A stretch of DNA of 32,000 nt from Acidothermus cellulolyticus 11B (GCF_000015025.1 NC_008578.1:2370001-2402000), one strand, 5' to 3'. Positions 1-8,553 are shown, numbered from the stretch's first letter. Numbers and translations: made by a program. The notes: generated from the sequence alone by a model not told the origin.

Positions 1-989
1 CGATCCGGAGACGGACCGATGCCGGGAACCATGTTCGCCGGTTCGAAGGCCGCTTGCTCGATCTGGGCGAAGAAGTTGTCCGGATTGCGGTTCAGGACCA
101 TCCGGCCGACCTTGATGAGCGGGTAATCGCCATGCGGCCAAACCTTCGTGAGGTCAAAGGGATTGAACCGGTAGTCGGCGGCTTCGTGGAAGGGCATCAC
201 CTGGACGTAGAGCGTCCACGACGGGTGCTCGCCGCGCCGGATGGCCTCATAGAGGTCACGGCGGTGAAAATCGGCGTCTTCACCGGCGATCCGGTCGGCT
301 TCGTCCTGGGTGAGAAAATCGATGCCCTGATCGGTTTTGAAGTGATACTTGATCCAAAAACGCTCCCCGCCGGCGTTCTGCCAGAGGAAGGTGTGCGACC
401 CGTAACCATTCATGTGCCGCCAGGTCTTGGGAATTCCGCGGTCGCCCATCAGCCACGTGACCTGGTGTGCGGATTCCGGCGACAGCGTCCAAAAGTCCCA
501 CTGCATGTTATGGTCGCGCAGACCGCTGTCCGCCCGCCGCTTCTGTGAGTGAATGAAATCCTGGAATTTCTGCGGATCGCGGATGAAGAAGATGGGCGTG
601 TTGTTGCCCACCAGGTCATAGTTGCCCTGCTGGGTGTAGAACTTCACCGCAAAGCCGCGCGGGTCCCGCCAGGTGTCCGGCGAACCTTGCTCGCCCGCCA
701 CGGTCGAGAAACGTACCAGAACCTCGCAGCGGCGTCCCGGCTGAAACAGATCCGCCTTCGTGAACTGCGAGACGTCTTCCGTCGTTTCGAAGAAGCCAAA
801 AGCACCGCCGCCCTTGGCATGCACGACCCGTTCGGGAACTCGTTCCCGATTGAATTGGGCCATTTTCTGAATGAGGTAGTGGTCTTGCAGCAGGATCGGG
901 CCGCCGGCGCCGACGGTGAGCGAATATTCGTCGCTCGCCGCGGGAATCCCGGCATCCGTCGTCGTCACCGGACGTGTCGTTTCCGTCAT
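1..989 (-). CDS. katA: Monofunctional heme catalase (first ~329 codons; C-terminus runs off the left edge of the window)
   Basis: Own minus-strand translation; this frame is absent from the ORF track because no stop lies inside the window. ATG at 989-987 is preceded by GGAGGAGA. Product reads [68 protein letters not shown]...[12 protein letters not shown]...[58 protein letters not shown] and [12 protein letters not shown] are hallmark catalase blocks. Confidence 0.92.
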   Translation of the reverse strand, partial: MTETTRPVTTTDAGIPAASDEYSLTVGAGGPILLQDHYLIQKMAQFNRERVPERVVHAKGGGAFGFFETTEDVSQFTKADLFQPGRRCEVLVRFSTVAGEQGSPDTWRDPRGFAVKFYTQQGNYDLVGNNTPIFFIRDPQKFQDFIHSQKRRADSGLRDHNMQWDFWTLSPESAHQVTWLMGDRGIPKTWRHMNGYGSHTFLWQNAGGERFWIKYHFKTDQGIDFLTQDEADRIAGEDADFHRRDLYEAIRRGEHPSWTLYVQVMPFHEAADYRFNPFDLTKVWPHGDYPLIKVGRMVLNRNPDNFFAQIEQAAFEPANMVPGIGPSPD

Positions 990-1513
990 CGGTCTCCTCC
1001 TTCACCTCGTGCCGGCACATGATGCTTCTCGGTGGGTCCGGCCGTTGTCCCGCCGTGGTCGGCGGACGGTCGGCGATGGTTCTGACATTGCGGGCAGAGT
1101 CCCCAATACGTGACTTCTGCTTCGTCGACGAGATAACCCGCTGCATCGGCGGGTGACAGACACGGCACGACGCCGACGGCGCAGTCGACATCCGCTATCG
1201 CACCGCAGACTCGGCAGACCAGGTGATGGTGGTTGTCGGAAACCCGCGATTCGTAACGGGCCGGATGTCCCAGCGGCTCGATCCGGCGAACGAGACCGGC
1301 GCCGGCAAGAGCATCCAGCACGTTGTACACCGCCTGGAGGGAAACCGCGCCAAGGGTCCGCCGCACCGCCGTCGCGATCTCGTCGACCGATCGGTGCACC
1401 CCGACCGGAAGTTCCTGCAGCACGGCAAGCCGCGCGGGCGTCACGCGCATTCCAGCCGCCCGCAACCGGTCGACAGGGGACCGCACCCCCGGAGACCCGG
1501 GAACCTCGCTCAC
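986..1513 (-). CDS. Fur-family transcriptional regulator (FurA/CatR-like, peroxide-responsive type), translationally coupled to the catalase
   Basis: ORF track 175 aa. N-terminal winged helix ([19 protein letters not shown]...SVDEI), [10 protein letters not shown] and a C-terminal CPQC metal-site pattern are typical of Fur/PerR proteins. Its TGA (988-986) overlaps the catalase ATG (989-987) as ATGA. GTG start at 1513. Confidence 0.85.
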   Translation of the reverse strand: MSEVPGSPGVRSPVDRLRAAGMRVTPARLAVLQELPVGVHRSVDEIATAVRRTLGAVSLQAVYNVLDALAGAGLVRRIEPLGHPARYESRVSDNHHHLVCRVCGAIADVDCAVGVVPCLSPADAAGYLVDEAEVTYWGLCPQCQNHRRPSADHGGTTAGPTEKHHVPARGEGGDR

Positions 1514-1532
1514 GCGCCCACTCTTGCACTGT

Positions 1533-1558
1533 TTCTTGAACGACTCAAGAACTTGAGT
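1533..1558. promoter_or_regulatory. Composite palindromic operator candidate upstream of the fur-catalase operon
   Basis: Two overlapping inverted repeats lie 20-45 nt upstream of the fur start: TTCTTGA-N5-TCAAGAA (1533-1551) and ACTCAAG-AA-CTTGAGT (1543-1558). Confidence 0.5.
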
Positions 1559-1727
1559 GCATCAAATCTCTCCTGAGGTGGAAGGGTGCACGGAGTGAGA
1601 TCTGTCACAACGGTTGGGTCACCCGGACGCCGTCCACACCGAGGCGAGCCACTCACGGACGACGGAACGGTCGTGGCGGGACGGCGTTCGGCGTTACCCG
1701 CCGGCACTCACCGGCAATCAGGCGTCG

Positions 1728-2855
1728 CTACGGACGAACCGCGCCGCTTGGGGATCCCCAAATGCTTTGAATTTGTACAACCGTCCCGGTATGCGGCGCG
1801 GTGATGACGCGGCCGCCGCCGATGTAGATGGCAACGTGCCAGGCCGGAATCCCCCAGAAGATCAGGTCACCAGGCTGGACCGCGGAGAGCGGAATCGGCC
1901 GTCCTTCGTGCCGCTGGGCTTCCGCGGAGTGGCTGAGCTGCACCCCGGCGGCCTGCCAGGCCCGCATCGTCAATCCCGAGCAGTCGTACCCGTACGGTCC
2001 GGCTCCACCGAACACGTACGGCTTGCCGAGTTGCGCATACGCGAACGCAAGTGCGGCCGCGGCACCCGAGCCGCTCGGCGCAGGAGGCGCCACGCCTCCG
2101 TCCGACGGCTGCGACGCATCGGCCAGGACCCGCGGCGCAGACCGGGAGACCCTCGGCGCGGCAAGATACTGACGCGCCGCCGCCTGAGCCGCCGCCTGAG
2201 CAGCGGCCCGCGCCGCTGCGTCCTCCTGTTGGGCTTTCACGTGCAGGGACGCGAGCAACGCCTGCTGCTTGGCAATCAACTTCTCGACCGCTGCCTTCTT
2301 CGCGCTGACCTCGCCAAGCGCCTTGCGTTGAGCGGCAACGGTTTCCGCCAGGACCTTCTCACTCTGTTCCAGCTTCTGCGCTGCAGCCGCTACGGCCACG
2401 AGGTCTGCTTCGTGGTAGCGGTTGACCTGCGCAAGCAGATCCACTCGCCGGAATGACGTCTGCGGATCGCCTGAGACGAGAAGGGCGATGAGCGGGGTCG
2501 TGCCTCCGCTCTCATACTCCAGGACGGCTAGACCGCGGATCTTTTCCTGCAGGGCAGCCAGTTGAAGCTTCGCGTTCGCGACCGCCTTCTGTTGCGCCGC
2601 CAACCGCGCGGACGCCGCCGCGAACGCGTTCTGCGCCTGGTCGTATGCCTCGACCGCCTTCTCCGACGCGATATTCAGCTGATCGAGCTGCTGCTGCGCC
2701 TTCGCAATAGCGGCCGTCGTGCTCGGCTTGGCGGCGAAGGCGTCCGCCGGCCACCCGGCAACCAGGGTCACGGCCACGCAGAGAGCAGCCAGCATCCCGA
2801 TCGCTGCGCGACGCGCCCTCGACGTCGTCGAGGCAGCAGCTACGGCGTGCGGCAC
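1728..2855 (-). CDS. Secreted NlpC/P60 peptidoglycan endopeptidase with N-terminal coiled-coil domain (RipA-like)
   Basis: ORF track 375 aa. It has a signal peptide (AIGMLAALCVAVTLVAGWPADAFA) and a long Ala/Gln/Leu coiled-coil region. The C-terminal NlpC/P60 domain reads GKPYVFGGAGPYGYDCSGLTMRAWQAAGVQLSHSA...GDLIFWG..WHVAIYIGGGRVITAPHTG (catalytic Cys and His context). Confidence 0.9.
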   Translation of the reverse strand: MPHAVAAASTTSRARRAAIGMLAALCVAVTLVAGWPADAFAAKPSTTAAIAKAQQQLDQLNIASEKAVEAYDQAQNAFAAASARLAAQQKAVANAKLQLAALQEKIRGLAVLEYESGGTTPLIALLVSGDPQTSFRRVDLLAQVNRYHEADLVAVAAAAQKLEQSEKVLAETVAAQRKALGEVSAKKAAVEKLIAKQQALLASLHVKAQQEDAAARAAAQAAAQAAARQYLAAPRVSRSAPRVLADASQPSDGGVAPPAPSGSGAAAALAFAYAQLGKPYVFGGAGPYGYDCSGLTMRAWQAAGVQLSHSAEAQRHEGRPIPLSAVQPGDLIFWGIPAWHVAIYIGGGRVITAPHTGTVVQIQSIWGSPSGAVRP

Positions 2856-2859
2856 AAGA

Positions 2860-3003
2860 CCTCTCTCCCTTGACCGCCTACCGGGTTAGCTGACGGGTTC
2901 GGGCGGGGAAGATCGCCCTACCGGTGCGAACACCGGATTCACCCCTGGGCGCTGTGCGCCGGTGCTGGGTCCCCGGTCCTGCGAGGCAGGTTCGGCGGCT
3001 CCG
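2860..3003 (-). promoter_or_regulatory. Cyclic-di-AMP riboswitch (ydaO-yuaA class) in the 5' leader of the NlpC/P60 gene
   Basis: Reverse complement of 2874-3000 carries the conserved ydaO blocks in order: CGCCGAACC...GGGGACCCA...GGGGUGAAUCC...GGUAGGGCGA...CCCGAACCCGUCAGCUAACCCGGUAGGCGG. A 5' CCGCC / 3' GGCGG closing helix is present. The SD GGGAGAGAGG and the GTG start follow immediately. Confidence 0.88.
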
Positions 3004-3040
3004 ACGTAGTAACCGAATCGTTATCTACACGGACCGCTCG

Positions 3041-3070
3041 ACCATAACCGGGACGACAGCGGGCAGACAA
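3041..3070 (-). promoter_or_regulatory. Candidate sigma-70-type promoter for the riboswitch/NlpC-P60 transcript
   Basis: On the minus strand, TTGTCT (3070-3065), an 18-nt spacer, then TATGGT (3046-3041). This places a start about 35 nt upstream of the aptamer. Confidence 0.3.
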
Positions 3071-3277
3071 GCTGGGGGCCGAGAATGTGACTGCCATCGC
3101 TCGCAATTCGCCCGGACGAACTAGGCACCAACCACCCGATCCGACTACACCCCGATGCAACAGCGCCCGAGCCGATGCTCCACCGCCCGAGCTTGATGCC
3201 GCGCCGCCCGAGCTTGGCACCGCACCGCCCGCGCTCGATGCGCCGCCCGCTCGGCGTCCATCCACCGAGACGAGGGA

Positions 3278-3739
3278 GTGACGATGATCGATCCAGTCAG
3301 TGGCGCTGACACAACCGGCCGTCGGCGCACGGTACGCCGGTTGATGCGCTACGCGAGCGTGTCCGGGGCCGGCGTCCTGCTGCTGGTCGGAGCCTTCCTC
3401 CTCGGCCGCCATACCGCGACCGACCGGGGATACGACGCCGGTTATGCGAACGGAGAGATTGCCGGCGTCCGGGAAGGCCGACTGCTCCAAGGCACCGTCG
3501 GACTCGGCGGAACGGCCGGCCTAGCGGTGAGCAACGCATATCAGCGCGGCTACACCGACGGAGCGAACGACGCGTTCACTCTCGGGTTCGACGGCGGATG
3601 GCAGATCGGCGTCCCCTATGTCGTCGTGTTGGCGCACGGACCCGACGGAATCACCTACCGATTTGCCTCCCGCGAGCCGGTGCGACCCGGTATCACCTAC
3701 CGGTTGTGCGGTTCCAGTCAGGTCTGCGCGTCACGGTGA
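3278..3739 (+). CDS. Hypothetical membrane-anchored protein (single N-terminal TM helix)
   Basis: ORF track 153 aa. GAGGGAG lies just upstream of the ATG. TM segment is ASVSGAGVLLLVGAFLLG. Third-codon positions are GC-rich as in neighbouring genes. Repeated GY-x-x-G-x-x-(E/D) motifs are present. No family recognised. Confidence 0.55.
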   Translation: MTMIDPVSGADTTGRRRTVRRLMRYASVSGAGVLLLVGAFLLGRHTATDRGYDAGYANGEIAGVREGRLLQGTVGLGGTAGLAVSNAYQRGYTDGANDAFTLGFDGGWQIGVPYVVVLAHGPDGITYRFASREPVRPGITYRLCGSSQVCASR

Positions 3740-4914
3740 ACGACGCAGCCGGGCCGGACCCGGGCGACGGTACCGGAGCCGGCAATCTCCGCCGAGGCAC
3801 CATCCGGCGTGAGAAAGACGGAGGCGCCCGGGCCGAACGAGAACTCCGTCTCGCCATCCCTGACTGTTAACGCCCCCGAGATCCCGACAAGAATTTCCGC
3901 GCTCACCGGCGTAAACCGGTACGGACGCTCGACAACGAGCAGCGTCACGTCGAATTCCTCTTGGCGGACAGGCCATCGCCGTTCCACCCCAGAAATCCAG
4001 ATCGGATGGAGAATCTCCGGTTGGAGCGGCTGAACATCCAGCGAGTTTCGCAATTCCCCACGTGCGACGTGCTTGTGCGTCAGGCCGCCGCGAATGACGT
4101 TGTCGGAATTGCCGAGAATCTCCAATCCAGTGCCGCGGACATACGCATGTATGCAGCCGGGCGGAATATATATCGCCTGCAGCGGCTCGAGACGCACCAC
4201 ATTCATTAGCAGGACGCCGACCACGCCCGGATCCGTCGGGTACGCCGCGGCAAGTTCGGTCACTAACGCGCCAAGGTCAGCGTCCGTCAGCCGGTGCGCC
4301 GCATCGGCGACCGCCCGGACCAGGCCGGCGCACTCCTCGCTCGGCCATTGCAGGACGGCAAGGAAAGCCTCACCCGGTGATTCGCCGGCCGCGAGCCAGC
4401 CGCGCAGCGGCTCGAGCTGACCAACGTCAAGAGCTGTCAACCGCGCCGCGCTCACCGCGCCGGGAGCAAATCCGAGAAGCGCCTGGAAGGGTTCCAATGC
4501 CACGAGCATTTCCGGTTTCGGATACGGATCCCGGTAGACCCGCTCCGCCGCCCGCCGATCGACACCGGCGCGCTCCTCTGCGGCGTAACCCCGGGCCGCG
4601 ACCTCCGCCGGTGGATGCACTTGCAGGGAGAGCGGCTCGGAGGCGGCAAGGATTTTGACGAGAAACGGCAATCGCGGACCAAAACGATCGACGACAGCGG
4701 TGCCGAGAGCGGCGGCTGGATTCTCTTCGATCACAGCAGTAAGCGGCAGTTCGCGCCCGTCCACTTCGACCACCGAGGGAGCCAGTGGATGTGCGCCCAT
4801 CCACAGCTCTGCCTCGGGCCGGTCCGTCGGTGCACGGCCCTGCAGCCGAGCGATGGCGTCGCGGGAGCCCCACGCGTAGTTCATGATCGGGTTGTGCATG
4901 CGCCACACGGTCAC
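3718..4914 (-). CDS. manA: Mannose-6-phosphate isomerase, class I
   Basis: ORF track 398 aa. The N-terminus MHNPIMNYAWGS....L..........PEAELWMGAHP and the later SLQVHP block are characteristic of type I PMI. Confidence 0.85.
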   Translation of the reverse strand: MTVWRMHNPIMNYAWGSRDAIARLQGRAPTDRPEAELWMGAHPLAPSVVEVDGRELPLTAVIEENPAAALGTAVVDRFGPRLPFLVKILAASEPLSLQVHPPAEVAARGYAAEERAGVDRRAAERVYRDPYPKPEMLVALEPFQALLGFAPGAVSAARLTALDVGQLEPLRGWLAAGESPGEAFLAVLQWPSEECAGLVRAVADAAHRLTDADLGALVTELAAAYPTDPGVVGVLLMNVVRLEPLQAIYIPPGCIHAYVRGTGLEILGNSDNVIRGGLTHKHVARGELRNSLDVQPLQPEILHPIWISGVERRWPVRQEEFDVTLLVVERPYRFTPVSAEILVGISGALTVRDGETEFSFGPGASVFLTPDGASAEIAGSGTVARVRPGCVVHRDAQT

Positions 4915-4947
4915 GGCCGCACCTTACCCGCCGCATACCCTAAGTCC

Positions 4948-5032
4948 GGAGGCGTCGCCTAGCGGCCGATGGCGCCGGTCTTGAAAACCGGTAGGGCGCA
5001 AGCCCTCGTGGGTTCAAATCCCACCGCCTCCG
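4948..5032 (+). tRNA. tRNA-Ser (anticodon UGA)
   Basis: Manual fold. Acceptor GGAGGCG/CGCCUCC; anticodon stem CCGGU/ACCGG with loop CUUGAAA (UGA); long variable arm GGGCGCAAGCCC; T-arm GUGGG-UUCAAAU-CCCAC; discriminator G. No encoded CCA. Confidence 0.93.
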
Positions 5033-5191
5033 CTCACTTTGCAATCGCCGTCCGGCGGGTCACGAGCGGCCCGGCCGCCGGTGCAGGCTAGACGCAGGGC
5101 TAGCTCAGACCATGCGCGTTGCCGGTGCAGGGCATCTGCGGCGCCCGCTGGGACCGCACGCGGCGCCGGTTCAGACCGACGCGGTCGCCGT

Positions 5192-6412
5192 TCAGGCTGG
5201 ACGCGGTGCAGGCCGTCCGAGGTGGTAACCCTGCGCCCACTCCACGCCGAGCTTGACGAGGGTCTGGAGTTCGGCGGCCGTCTCGACACCCTCGGCAATC
5301 AGATGTGCGCCGACATCGGCGGCGAAGGACACCAGTGCCGACGCCAGGGCGCGCCGTGCGGGATCGCGGTCAATGCTGCGGGTGATGGAAATGTCGAGCT
5401 TGATGATTTCCGGCTGCAGCAACAGGATGTGCCGGAGGCTGGCGAATCCGGCGCCGGTGTCGTCAATGGCGACCCGCATGCCCTTTTCGCGGAACGGAGC
5501 CAGCCGCTCTTGAATGACACCGTAATCCTCAACCGCAGCGTGCTCGGTGAGTTCGAGTACAAGTCGGTCGAGTGAGGAGACATCCTGCAAGTTCTCTAGT
5601 TTTCGTGACAGCACGAGTTCCGGCGAGGCGTTGAGCGCGAGAAATACCCCGTCAGGAATGGTCGGCAAATACTGCAGGGCGGTATGCATCGCCTTGAGCT
5701 CGAGGTCTGGACCCAGTCCGACTGAACTTGCTTCGCTGAACCAACGATCCGGGGGTGTGCCGGCCGGATCGGCGAATCGCGAGAGCGCCTCGAACCCGAC
5801 GACCTCGGTGTCGGCGAGCCGGATGATTGGCTGAAAAACCGTCGTCAACGCGGTGTCGTCCGCAATCGCCCGCTCGATGCGCTCGATCCGCTCACGGAGC
5901 ACCCGGGTCAGCTCCTCGTCTTGTGCACGCCGCTTCTCCAGTTCGTCGGAGAGAGCAATGTTATGCGCGCGCAGCGTACGGTACAGCGCCCGCGTCTCCA
6001 GCAAATTGCGCACCCGGAGCACGACTTCCGTCGCATCGAACGGTTTGGTGAGGAAATCCCGCGCCCCCAGATCGAGGGCGCGGTGCACAGCGTCCCGGGT
6101 AAGGTCGGCGGTCAGGACCAGGATGGGTAGATATTCGGCATCTTCCAAAGACCGCAACCGCTCCAACACCGTATACCCGTCCAGCTTCGGCATCCGCAGA
6201 TCGAGCAGAATGAGGTCCGGCTGAAAGTCCCGCACCATGCGCAGCGCTTCGTCGCCGTCCCGCGCCGTTGCGACGTGGCGCAACCCCGACCGGGTCAACA
6301 GAGCCTCGAGCAGTTGGACGTTCGCCTCGTTGTCGTCAACGACGAGGACATGGGCGTCGGAGAACCGTTCCAAGGCGCCGGACGCGTCAGCGGTGGCCAC
6401 CGGACTACCCAT
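5192..6412 (-). CDS. Response-regulator receiver + EAL domain protein (c-di-GMP phosphodiesterase)
   Basis: ORF track frame 5192..6472. REC domain: VLVVDDNEANV...PDLILLDLRMPKLDG...LVLTAD...KPF. EAL domain has an intact catalytic signature: FQPI...GFEALSRF, ELTEH, AIDDTGAGFASL, IKLD, EGVET, QGY. I prefer the ATG at 6412 (ATGGGTAG overlap with the kinase stop) over 6472, which would overlap the kinase by 68 nt and has no SD. Confidence 0.88.
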   Translation of the reverse strand: MGSPVATADASGALERFSDAHVLVVDDNEANVQLLEALLTRSGLRHVATARDGDEALRMVRDFQPDLILLDLRMPKLDGYTVLERLRSLEDAEYLPILVLTADLTRDAVHRALDLGARDFLTKPFDATEVVLRVRNLLETRALYRTLRAHNIALSDELEKRRAQDEELTRVLRERIERIERAIADDTALTTVFQPIIRLADTEVVGFEALSRFADPAGTPPDRWFSEASSVGLGPDLELKAMHTALQYLPTIPDGVFLALNASPELVLSRKLENLQDVSSLDRLVLELTEHAAVEDYGVIQERLAPFREKGMRVAIDDTGAGFASLRHILLLQPEIIKLDISITRSIDRDPARRALASALVSFAADVGAHLIAEGVETAAELQTLVKLGVEWAQGYHLGRPAPRPA

Positions 6413-8378
6413 CCCGCCCGCCGGACTTTGCGCGGAGAACCGAATCGACGATCCCGAGAAGGCGGGGGACATCGACCGGCTTCGGGACGAAACCGGTGGC
6501 GTCCAGGCTACTCATGCGTTGAGCCTGGCCCGAGGTTGCGTCCGCGCTCACCATATAGACAGGCAGGGCAGCAGTCAGGGGGTCGCTGCGGACTTCACGA
6601 AGCACATCGAAGCCGCTCATGTCCGGCAGGTGCACGTCAAGAAAAACCAGGTCGACCGACTCGCGGCGCAGGAGTTCCATGCCCTTCGATCCGCATTCCG
6701 CGCGCAGCCACCGTATTCCCGGCCGCAACGCGACAATGTGCCGGAGCACGCCGTCGTCATGGTCGTTATCGTCGATGTACAAGACCGTTCCCGTCGCGGC
6801 AGGCGCGCCGTCGTGCGCACTCTCCGCAGGGCTCTCCGGGTCGAGCGGCATCGGTGCGGCGAGCGGAAGGGCCACGGTGAAGACACTGCCGTCTCCGGGC
6901 GTGGAGTCAACGGTGAGCTCACCGTCCATGACCTGCACGAGCCGGAGCGTAAGCGGAAGTCCGACGCCGGTGCCCTCGGCGTCGATCGCGTCCGCACCGA
7001 GGCGGTCGAAGGGGACGAAAAGCCGCTCGATGTGCTCAGGCGCAATGCCGATACCGGTGTCGGCCACGCGGATCAGTGCCCGGTCGGCGCACCGCCGTGC
7101 GCTCACCAATACGGTGCCGCCGCGACGGTTGTACTTAATGGCATTGACGACCAGATTCAGCATCACCTGGCGGAGCCGCTGCCGGTCGGCGCGGACCGTG
7201 ACATCGTCGTCCTCGATAACCCAATCCGCAGTGACCTCCCGCTCGGCTGCCAATGGCGCGAGTGCAACCATCGTTTCTCCGATGACGTCGCGCAGTGATA
7301 CGGCCTCCAGGGAGAGAGCCAACCGGCCGCTCTCGATGCGCGTGATGTCGAGCACCTCATTGATGAGGTCCAACAAATGCCGGCCGGCCTTGAAAATCTG
7401 GTTGACCCACTCCTGCTGCTCATCGGTCAGCCGCTCCATCTGCAGGAGCTGGGAAAATCCGAGGATAACGTTGAGCGGAGTGCGCAATTCATGACTCATG
7501 CGGGAGAGAAAATCGCTCTTCGCGGCCGACGCGGCGTCCGCCGCTTCCTTGGCCCTCACCAGCTCCGCCTCCAACGCGAGCCGCTCGCTGATATCCCGGA
7601 AGACGATGACCGCTGCCGTTGGTGCGCCGTCGGGCCCGAGCGCCGGCCGGCCGTGGCCTTCCAACACGATGTATCGACCGCTGGCATGCCGGGTCCGAAC
7701 CCGTACGACAAAATCTTCGGCCGCACCGGTGAGAACGGCACGAATGCCGTCAAGCAGGGCGGGGCGGTCGTCGGGATGTACGGTCTCCCCGATCCGCGCG
7801 CCAATCCGGTCACTGGCCCGGATACCGGTGAGGCCGGTCGATGCATCGCTGACGAACCTGACCCGCAGGTCAGGGCCAACGACCGCAATCACATCGGGAG
7901 AAGCCGAGGTGATCGCGCGGAGCTGGCGTTCACGATCAGCAACGGTGCGCTCGGCGGCTCGCCGCTCGGTAACGTCCTGAAGGAAAGCAAAAACCGCCCG
8001 GATCCGCCGGCCGGCGGTCGGCTCAGGGTTGAGAACAATCTGCAGGACTCGAGGGCGCACGCCAAAGTTGACCTCACCCTCAAGTTCGATCGGCCCCGTC
8101 GTCTCGCCGGCGAGGAGTCCGCGGACCGCGGTGCGAAGCGTCTCGAACAGATCGGCCGGCGCTGCTGCCAGCCACGTCTCCGGGCGCCGCGCCTGCTCGG
8201 GGGAGATGCCGAGCAGGGTGGCGGCGTTTGGGCTGGCGTAGGTGATGCCGGTGTTGTCCAGACGCAGGACGACGACCGGGCCCGAGCAAGTGATCGCATC
8301 GAGCAGGTGCCGACTCATCGAACCCGGCCGCGCCGGGACCACGCGCCGGAGGCGCCGAAATGCCTTGACCAACCACAC
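6405..8378 (-). CDS. Cytoplasmic hybrid sensor histidine kinase (PAS repeats - HisKA - HATPase_c - C-terminal REC)
   Basis: ORF track 657 aa. No TM segment. PAS-like modules occupy the first ~290 aa. H-box SDFLSRMSHELRTPLN; N/G boxes NLVVNAIKYN, DTGIGI, GTGVGL. C-terminal receiver: VLYIDDNDHD...VDLVFLDVHLPDMSG...MVSAD...KP. An alternative start lies at 8318. Confidence 0.9.
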   Translation of the reverse strand: MWLVKAFRRLRRVVPARPGSMSRHLLDAITCSGPVVVLRLDNTGITYASPNAATLLGISPEQARRPETWLAAAPADLFETLRTAVRGLLAGETTGPIELEGEVNFGVRPRVLQIVLNPEPTAGRRIRAVFAFLQDVTERRAAERTVADRERQLRAITSASPDVIAVVGPDLRVRFVSDASTGLTGIRASDRIGARIGETVHPDDRPALLDGIRAVLTGAAEDFVVRVRTRHASGRYIVLEGHGRPALGPDGAPTAAVIVFRDISERLALEAELVRAKEAADAASAAKSDFLSRMSHELRTPLNVILGFSQLLQMERLTDEQQEWVNQIFKAGRHLLDLINEVLDITRIESGRLALSLEAVSLRDVIGETMVALAPLAAEREVTADWVIEDDDVTVRADRQRLRQVMLNLVVNAIKYNRRGGTVLVSARRCADRALIRVADTGIGIAPEHIERLFVPFDRLGADAIDAEGTGVGLPLTLRLVQVMDGELTVDSTPGDGSVFTVALPLAAPMPLDPESPAESAHDGAPAATGTVLYIDDNDHDDGVLRHIVALRPGIRWLRAECGSKGMELLRRESVDLVFLDVHLPDMSGFDVLREVRSDPLTAALPVYMVSADATSGQAQRMSSLDATGFVPKPVDVPRLLGIVDSVLRAKSGGRDG

Positions 8379-8553
8379 CGCCGACGCGTCGCCCCCCTCC
8401 TCGGCTCACAGGCGGTCGTACCGGCTACGCCCGCCCAGTGGTCGTGATCTCACGTTCGAGCATGAACCCAGCTCCGCTTCCGGTTCAAGCGGAATCTCCG
8501 ATTTGGGACGTTCGGTGCACCGCTGAACCGAGCGGCTTCCTAGGCTGAGTCCT

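Noticed and set aside
2939-3490. 183-aa minus-strand ORF upstream of the NlpC/P60 gene
   Set aside because: It overlaps the c-di-AMP riboswitch aptamer and its promoter, and is antisense to the better-supported 3278-3739 gene. The composition (Gly/Ala/Ser/Arg runs) looks non-coding.
5085-5175. tRNA-like start GGGCTAGCTCAGACC downstream of tRNA-Ser; considered as a second tRNA or a tRNA pseudogene/att remnant
   Set aside because: An attempted cloverleaf fails. The D-stem has a mismatch, the anticodon loop lacks U33, there is no TTC T-loop and no complementary acceptor 3' strand. No copy of the tRNA-Ser 3' end is found elsewhere in the window, so there is no evidence of an integrated element.
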